A stretch of DNA of 64,000 nucleotides from a virus. Positions 58,523 through 64,000 of the stretch are shown here, piece after piece. The DNA is taken from the IMG/VR virus record IMGVR_UViG_3300028920_000038, positions 1 through 64,000 of that record. One strand, 5' to 3'. The notes beneath the pieces were generated by a model. The model was not told where the DNA came from. It did no database searches and saw only the letters and a list, made by a program, of their open reading frames with translations. The position numbers and the translations under genes are program-made. How positions within the stretch are numbered: position 1 is the first letter of the stretch; the number at the start of each line of letters is the position of its first letter.

Positions 58523-59466
58523 TAATAATAGCATGGGATTCACTTCGATTAGATGCAGTAGAACCTTTAAAAGGAATATTAGGAAAAGAATCTTGGACCT
58601 CAATGCCATCTATTGATGGTTTCACAGGTCCTATACTTCCTTCAATTATATGTGGTAAGTCTCCTGAGGATTTAGGAATCCCTAGAGACGACTCAGCTTT
58701 CTATTCTGGAATTGATCCAGAGAAGATAGATGATACTTTATTTGATTACTTCGATTCATATATCACTGTGTCTAGATTAATTGGACCTGATACACATCCT
58801 TGTGTACCATTACCTCCATCAAGAAAAGGTATGACAAAATTTATGCCTCCTATACAATGGAATGCAGTAAGCAATTGGGATGTTGATATCTGGAGATATC
58901 TAGGCATGAAATGGTCTATGAGTAATCCATATTGGAAAGATATGATATTCTTCTGGACATTTATTACTCATGGTAACTTCACTATCTACGATAGCCTTGG
59001 TGCAGTAGAATCACCCGAGATTAAAGATGGTAGTAGATTGATGAGAAGATTGGCTTATAATGATCCTAAAGCTTTACGTGAGTTATATATGAAGGGAGTG
59101 TACTATGCAGCTGAGACACTTAAAGGACTTAATGAAGTCTGTGGTGGTAAAGAACTAATAGTATGCTTCTCTGATCATAATGAAGCTCTTGGTGAAGAAT
59201 ATATGGGACAGAAGGTAACAGGACATTTCCATGGAATGCAGACAATTCCTGGATTAGAGAATATACCTCTATGGGTTAACAGACCAGATGTAGAGTTTCC
59301 AGAAGATATGAGTCAATTAAAGATTAAGGATCTTTGTGTTGAGTTGTATAATAAATATGAAAAGAATGACCCAGAGATACAGAAATATAAACGCAAAAAG
59401 CTTGGTATGTTAGGCAAACAAGTTCTAAAAGAGTGGGGAGATTCCACTGTTGAAATGCCTGACTAA
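58519..59466 (+). CDS. Alkaline-phosphatase/sulfatase-superfamily protein
   Basis: IIIAWDSLRLD, FTGP, THG, FSDH.E.LGE, GHFHG. Confidence 0.7.
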   Translation: MIIIAWDSLRLDAVEPLKGILGKESWTSMPSIDGFTGPILPSIICGKSPEDLGIPRDDSAFYSGIDPEKIDDTLFDYFDSYITVSRLIGPDTHPCVPLPPSRKGMTKFMPPIQWNAVSNWDVDIWRYLGMKWSMSNPYWKDMIFFWTFITHGNFTIYDSLGAVESPEIKDGSRLMRRLAYNDPKALRELYMKGVYYAAETLKGLNEVCGGKELIVCFSDHNEALGEEYMGQKVTGHFHGMQTIPGLENIPLWVNRPDVEFPEDMSQLKIKDLCVELYNKYEKNDPEIQKYKRKKLGMLGKQVLKEWGDSTVEMPD

Positions 59467-59946
59467 ATTATTTAAAAGAAACAAAAAAGAAATTATTGAT
59501 AAAGAAGAATCAAAATATCCGATTAAACTTATTAATGAATATGTTAATAAATATATATATGTAGATTATATAGATTTAGATATACCCAAAAACTTTGAAG
59601 GCACTTTATTATTCGAATCAACAGACCAAGGATTTTATATGGGTAATCCAGAGAATTACTATTTAATATGTTGGGATTGGAAAAGTCCAGTATCTGGAAA
59701 AGAGCAAAGATCTTATATAGTATCTATAAAAGATTCTGAAGGAAATCTTATTTGGAGAAGAGATGATTAAATGGCTTCGATGAAATATGCGGGATTACGC
59801 CATTGTCTATCATGCCTATATAGATATCAATGTGAAAGAACTATTAAATCTATAATGAGGGAAGGATGTAATTTATATCTCGGTGATGATAAAATTGTTG
59901 CAGATGGAGATGATTGAATTCCATTTTGATATGAATAGGAGAAAAT

Positions 59947-60306
59947 ATGGAGGAGATATATAAGATAGAATCGACTAATTATACATTAACTTTAAGAGCA
60001 ACTCATATTAAAGATAGATTTCCTATAGCTTATGCTTCTATAGAAATAGAAGATAAGGATGGATTAAAAATAGGAAAATTAGTAGGAATGATTAGAAGAC
60101 AGGAATTTAAAGGGATGGGAATATGCAAAGATCTTTTGATTGAAAGATTAAAATTATGTAGAATTCTAGGATGTGATAAGGCATATAGTGCAGTTTATTA
60201 TAAAAGAACTGGACTCATTAAATTATATAAAGAATTAGGATTTGAAGAGATAGAACCTTTATCTTCTGAATATGTTAGATTTGAAAAATTATTGAAAGAG
60301 GAATAA
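59947..60306 (+). CDS. GNAT acetyltransferase
   Basis: RQEFKGMGICKDL (motif A), LYKELGF. Confidence 0.75.
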   Translation: MEEIYKIESTNYTLTLRATHIKDRFPIAYASIEIEDKDGLKIGKLVGMIRRQEFKGMGICKDLLIERLKLCRILGCDKAYSAVYYKRTGLIKLYKELGFEEIEPLSSEYVRFEKLLKEE

Positions 60307-60307
60307 T

Positions 60308-60529
60308 ATGGTAGGATATAAGAATATATCAATCCCTGTACCGTTGTATGACCGATTAGAAAGTATGGCTAAGGAGAATAATTTTAAGAATATAAGGGCA
60401 TTCATAATACATTTAATAAGAGAAACTGTTTCTAGATATAATGCAGAAAAGGATGGAATATTCTTCCTAACTGATAATGATGAAGAGAAGATCAAGAAGA
60501 GATTAAAAGAATTAGGATACATGGATTAA
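60308..60529 (+). CDS. Ribbon-helix-helix (CopG-like) regulator
   Basis: YKNISIP..LYDRL.......FKNIRAFI..LIRE...IKKRLKELGY, an archaeal-type pattern. Confidence 0.75.
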   Translation: MVGYKNISIPVPLYDRLESMAKENNFKNIRAFIIHLIRETVSRYNAEKDGIFFLTDNDEEKIKKRLKELGYMD

Positions 60530-60986
60530 AAATGGCAGACGCTTGGTATCCAAAAGATGATGAAGATCAATGGGAATCTTGGTATCCCAAATGTCCTGCA
60601 TGTAAATCAAAGAATATTAAAGTGCTGGATGTATATAGAATTTCTTATGAATTAAATAGAGAAATTAGAAAAATGAGATGTGGAGATTGTAAAAATGAGT
60701 TCTGGGAATCGGAAGCCAGTTATTGAGAAATTAAAAAGAACTTGTTATGCATGTCCCAGTCAATGGGAAGGAAGAGATACAGAAGGTTATCCATATTATA
60801 TAAGATATAGATGGGATCACCTAACTGTGAGTAAGGGTAAAAGATATGGCCATATAGATACTGCAATAATGGCTGAGCCATATTTTTCAAAGACAGTTAA
60901 AGGAGATGGAATATCTGGAATCTTAGATTTTAATGAATTAAAGGAACAATTGAAATATACATTAGTAATTAAAGAGGAAATCGAAG

Positions 60987-61592
60987 ATGAAGATTACTTT
61001 GCTTGATTATACTGAAAATGGAATGAATAAAATAGCCAGAATGGCAAGAGCAACAAGATTGAATAGTTATGAGAATGGATTTGAATTAGATGAAACTAAA
61101 GATGATAAATTTGTTAAGAGATTAATAAGAGTGGGACATCTAGGAATTCTAGAACACATCTCCTTTACTTTTCATATATCAGAAGTGAGTAGGTGTTTAA
61201 CACATCAATTGGTAAGACATAGGATAGCATCCTATTTACAGATGAGTAATAGACATGCTAAGCCAGAGTTTCGTGGATATGTAACTCCAATTTCAATTAA
61301 TACTATAGAATATAAAGAATTCATGGATAATGCATATCTACTATACCGAGATATGATAGCAGATGGTTTACCTATAGAAGATGCAAGATATGTTTTACCA
61401 CCTGCATTCTTTACTCATATATCAGTAACTATGAATTGTAGAGAATTACTCCATTTCTTTGAATTGAGATGTGATAAAGCAGCTCAATGGGAAATAAGAG
61501 GAATGGCTTTAGAAATGTTAAAAATATGTTATGAAAAATATCCAGTGATATTTAAGGATATTTATGATAAGTACAAGAAGGATATAAAATGA
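60987..61592 (+). CDS. thyX: FAD-dependent thymidylate synthase
   Basis: H.GILEH, SR..THQLVRHRIASY.QMS.R, EDARYVLP, R....AQWEIR. Confidence 0.95.
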   Translation: MKITLLDYTENGMNKIARMARATRLNSYENGFELDETKDDKFVKRLIRVGHLGILEHISFTFHISEVSRCLTHQLVRHRIASYLQMSNRHAKPEFRGYVTPISINTIEYKEFMDNAYLLYRDMIADGLPIEDARYVLPPAFFTHISVTMNCRELLHFFELRCDKAAQWEIRGMALEMLKICYEKYPVIFKDIYDKYKKDIK

Positions 61593-61909
61593 ATTATACA
61601 TGGTCAACTACAACATCTAGTCATTGTGGAGATGGATCTAGTTATCACTTTTATTATGATAAACCATATAAGAATAAGCCAGCTACATGGGAAGATGTAT
61701 TTAAAATCAATTGGGATAAAATAAATCAAGTTCCTAAACCAGAAAAACCTACAGATATATTCAGTAGAGAAGAGACTATAATAACTAAAGATGGAGAATC
61801 AATATCATTAACTCTTGGAGAGTTATATGAATTGGAGAAACTTGGATTAGATCCAACAAAAATGACAAAGGAAGAATTAGAACAGCAATTATTAGCTATA
61901 AGGTTATAA
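61589..61909 (+). CDS. Hypothetical protein with shared C-terminal motif
   Basis: Ends TKEELEQQLLAIRL*. Confidence 0.6.
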   Translation: MNYTWSTTTSSHCGDGSSYHFYYDKPYKNKPATWEDVFKINWDKINQVPKPEKPTDIFSREETIITKDGESISLTLGELYELEKLGLDPTKMTKEELEQQLLAIRL

Positions 61910-61923
61910 ATGTTTATATAAAA

Positions 61924-63435
61924 ATGAGGAATAAAATGAATTTAAGTGACGCTGCGATTGAATTAATGAAGACTAAATATTGTAGTCACGGAGAAAAACC
62001 AAAAGATATATTTCCTAGAGTTGGAAAGGCATTAGCTCAACAGATGAACGGAGATGAGGATGCAGAGCAATTCACTAAAATAATGGAAGACCTGGACTTT
62101 TTACCTAATAGTCCATGTTTAAGAAATGCAGGCTATTCAAATATGGTAAAAGCGTGTTTTGTATTACCTGTTGATGATTCTATGGAGAGTATATTTAGAA
62201 CTCTTAAAGACTCTGCTATGGTTTTTAAATCTGGTGGAGGAGTTGGATATAACTTCAGTGACTTACGGGAAAGAGGAGCTACATTATCACATGGAGGAAC
62301 ATCCTCTGGTGTCATGTCCTTTATGAAGATCTATAATTCTATAACAGAAGCGGTCAAACAGGGAGGTTTTAGACGTGGAGCTTCTATGGGAGTTTTGGAT
62401 GTAGATCATCCTGAGATATTAGATTTTATAAAAGAGAAATTATCTAAAGGATCAATGAATAATTTTAATCTATCTGTAATGGCTACAGATGATTTTATGA
62501 AAGGTGTTGAAGAAGATAATAAGGTATTCCTTAGAAGTCGATTAGATAAAAGAGTTATTAAAGGCAAATTTAATTGTAGAGATTTGTTTAATATTATATG
62601 CTATTCAGCTTGGTTAACAGGAGATCCGGGATTATTATTCTATGATAGAATTAATAAAGACAATCCACATTATCCTAAATATGATATAAGAAGTACGAAT
62701 CCTTGTGGTGAAGTTCCTTTACTTCCATATGAATCTTGTTGTTTGGGAAGTATAAATTTAGCCAATTTTGTGACAAAGGACGGAGAATTTGATGTAGATA
62801 GATTCTCTAATATGGTTAGGATAGGAACTAAATTCTTAATGGCTATGACTAAGATCTGTGAATTTCCTATAGATGAGTGTTATACAGCTCAATCAAGATA
62901 TATGAGATTAGGTCTTGGAGTTATGGGATTTGCAGATATGCTTATGAAGATGGGTATACTATACGATTCAGATGATACTCTTAAGATGATAGATACTATA
63001 GGACCTATTATGCAAGAATCCAAACAATATGCTCCTATGTCAGTGGCTACATTATCCATAGCACCAACAGGAAGTTTATCTATTATTGCTAACTGTTCAT
63101 CTGGTATAGAACCTTGGTTCAGTAAATCGTACACCAGACATCTTACACATGGTAAAGTTAAAGAATCGAGAGATTCTAAATATCTAAGAACTGCTCATGA
63201 TATATCACCTGAATGGCATTTGAAAGTTCAATCTAGATGGCAATCTTATATAGATAATGGAGTAAGTAAAACAATTAATTTACCTCATAATGCTACTATT
63301 CAAGATGTTCAGAATATCTATATGAATGCTTGGAAGATGGGCTGTAAAGGAATTACCATCTTTAGGGATGGATGCCTTGGAGATACCGGACAAGTTCTTA
63401 GAAATACTTGCGATGAAGGTGATTGTTATCTATGA
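61924..63435 (+). CDS. nrdJ: Class II (B12-dependent) ribonucleotide reductase, compact
   Basis: PNSP, ACFV, GGGVG, TNPCGE, CCLGSINL, IAPTGS, SSGIEP, SKTIN; no NrdB nearby. Confidence 0.9.
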   Translation: MRNKMNLSDAAIELMKTKYCSHGEKPKDIFPRVGKALAQQMNGDEDAEQFTKIMEDLDFLPNSPCLRNAGYSNMVKACFVLPVDDSMESIFRTLKDSAMVFKSGGGVGYNFSDLRERGATLSHGGTSSGVMSFMKIYNSITEAVKQGGFRRGASMGVLDVDHPEILDFIKEKLSKGSMNNFNLSVMATDDFMKGVEEDNKVFLRSRLDKRVIKGKFNCRDLFNIICYSAWLTGDPGLLFYDRINKDNPHYPKYDIRSTNPCGEVPLLPYESCCLGSINLANFVTKDGEFDVDRFSNMVRIGTKFLMAMTKICEFPIDECYTAQSRYMRLGLGVMGFADMLMKMGILYDSDDTLKMIDTIGPIMQESKQYAPMSVATLSIAPTGSLSIIANCSSGIEPWFSKSYTRHLTHGKVKESRDSKYLRTAHDISPEWHLKVQSRWQSYIDNGVSKTINLPHNATIQDVQNIYMNAWKMGCKGITIFRDGCLGDTGQVLRNTCDEGDCYL

Positions 63436-63686
63436 TAGAAGAAATAACTATATATACAACACCAAATTGTAAATATTGTCAAGAAGCTAAGAATATTATA
63501 TCAAAATATTTTATTGAATACAATGAAATTAATTTAAAGAAAAAGGAAAATAGAAAAGCTAGAGAATTTTATAGAAGTTTAGGAATTAAAACAGCTCCAG
63601 TGATTGTCATTAAATCAAATGGAGAAGAGATTATATTATCTGAATATGATAGTGAAATGTTAGAGGAGATGATTGAGAGCGCATGA
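63423..63686 (+). CDS. nrdH: Glutaredoxin-like (NrdH) protein
   Basis: IYTTPNCKYC...TAPVI; follows RNR. Confidence 0.85.
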   Translation: MLSMIEEITIYTTPNCKYCQEAKNIISKYFIEYNEINLKKKENRKAREFYRSLGIKTAPVIVIKSNGEEIILSEYDSEMLEEMIESA

Positions 63687-63901
63687 AAAAAGAATTAGCA
63701 GATGAACCTGATAAAGAAGAAGACGAAGAAGATGACGATGAAGATGGAAAAGATAAAATAATAAATATGGAGAAAAATAGAAAAATTTGTTTAAATACTT
63801 TAAATGTTAATGTAGAAGTATCTTCTGATTATGAAGAAGATGATTTAGATAAACTTACTAATATAGCTACAGAACTTGTAAATAAATATAAAGTGGGGTG
63901 A
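63683..63901 (+). CDS. Acidic hypothetical protein
   Basis: ORF track. Confidence 0.55.
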   Translation: MKKELADEPDKEEDEEDDDEDGKDKIINMEKNRKICLNTLNVNVEVSSDYEEDDLDKLTNIATELVNKYKVG

Positions 63902-63905
63902 TTCA

Positions 63906-64000
63906 ATATATTGCCCAAAGTGTCATTCAAAATCTTCAGTAATTAATACAATTATGAAAAGAAATTTTGTGACAAGATATAGGAGATGTAATAATAAAAA
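63906..64000 (+). CDS. Zn-ribbon protein (NrdR N-terminus-like), ATA start, 3'-partial
   Basis: IYCPKCHSKSSVINT...RYRRC; in-frame TAA at 63879 and no canonical start before CPKC; GGGGTGA SD. Confidence 0.6.
   Translation, partial: MYCPKCHSKSSVINTIMKRNFVTRYRRCNNK

Noticed and set aside
12389-63435. Inteins or introns in TerL, PolB, RadB-like protein or RNR
   Set aside because: Protein lengths are normal or compact, and no C-terminal HN-C/S/T splice junction or LAGLIDADG block was seen.
1-64000. Alternative genetic code / stop-codon reassignment
   Set aside because: TerL, portal, PolB, RNR and ThyX are full length in the standard code, and TAA, TAG and TGA all terminate genes.
1-64000. Integrase, transposase or provirus boundary
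   Set aside because: No recombinase or transposase motifs, att-like tRNA junction or run of cellular housekeeping genes was found.

Overview
AT-rich 64 kb fragment of a large tailed (Caudoviricetes-type) virus that most likely infects an archaeon. The archaeal evidence is: GGAGGTGA-type Shine-Dalgarno sites, BRE+TATA promoters with apparently leaderless genes, Alba, RadB-like recombinase, ERCC4/XPF nuclease, AEP primase, PolB, and many CxxC micro-proteins. Bases 1-15001 are a minus-strand virion module: TerS candidate, holin-like protein, TerL, Alba, portal, prohead protease, a PAPS-reductase-like/ATP-dependent DNA ligase fusion, and modular tail-fibre-like genes. One of these, an ~800-codon ORF running off the left edge, is missing from the supplied track. 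Bases 15001-19790 are a largely non-coding switch region with CATG/GTGGGAC-rich repeat blocks and a long AT-rich tract. Bases 19788-64000 are almost entirely plus-strand and carry small early-type ORFs, MoxR/vWA, repair enzymes, RNA ligase, recombination and replication genes, glycosyltransferases, surface proteins, ThyX and class II RNR. The most striking unexplained signals are: (i) the PAPS-reductase/ligase fusion in the head module; (ii) about 15 small proteins sharing a C-terminal [KR]-[DE]-[DE]-x-hydrophobic-hydrophobic-x-x-L-stop motif; (iii) the CATG-dense repeat blocks; (iv) several genes that can only start at ATA/ATT; and (v) a PolB with HTDS instead of DTDS. All calls come from reading motifs by eye; no database search was run.
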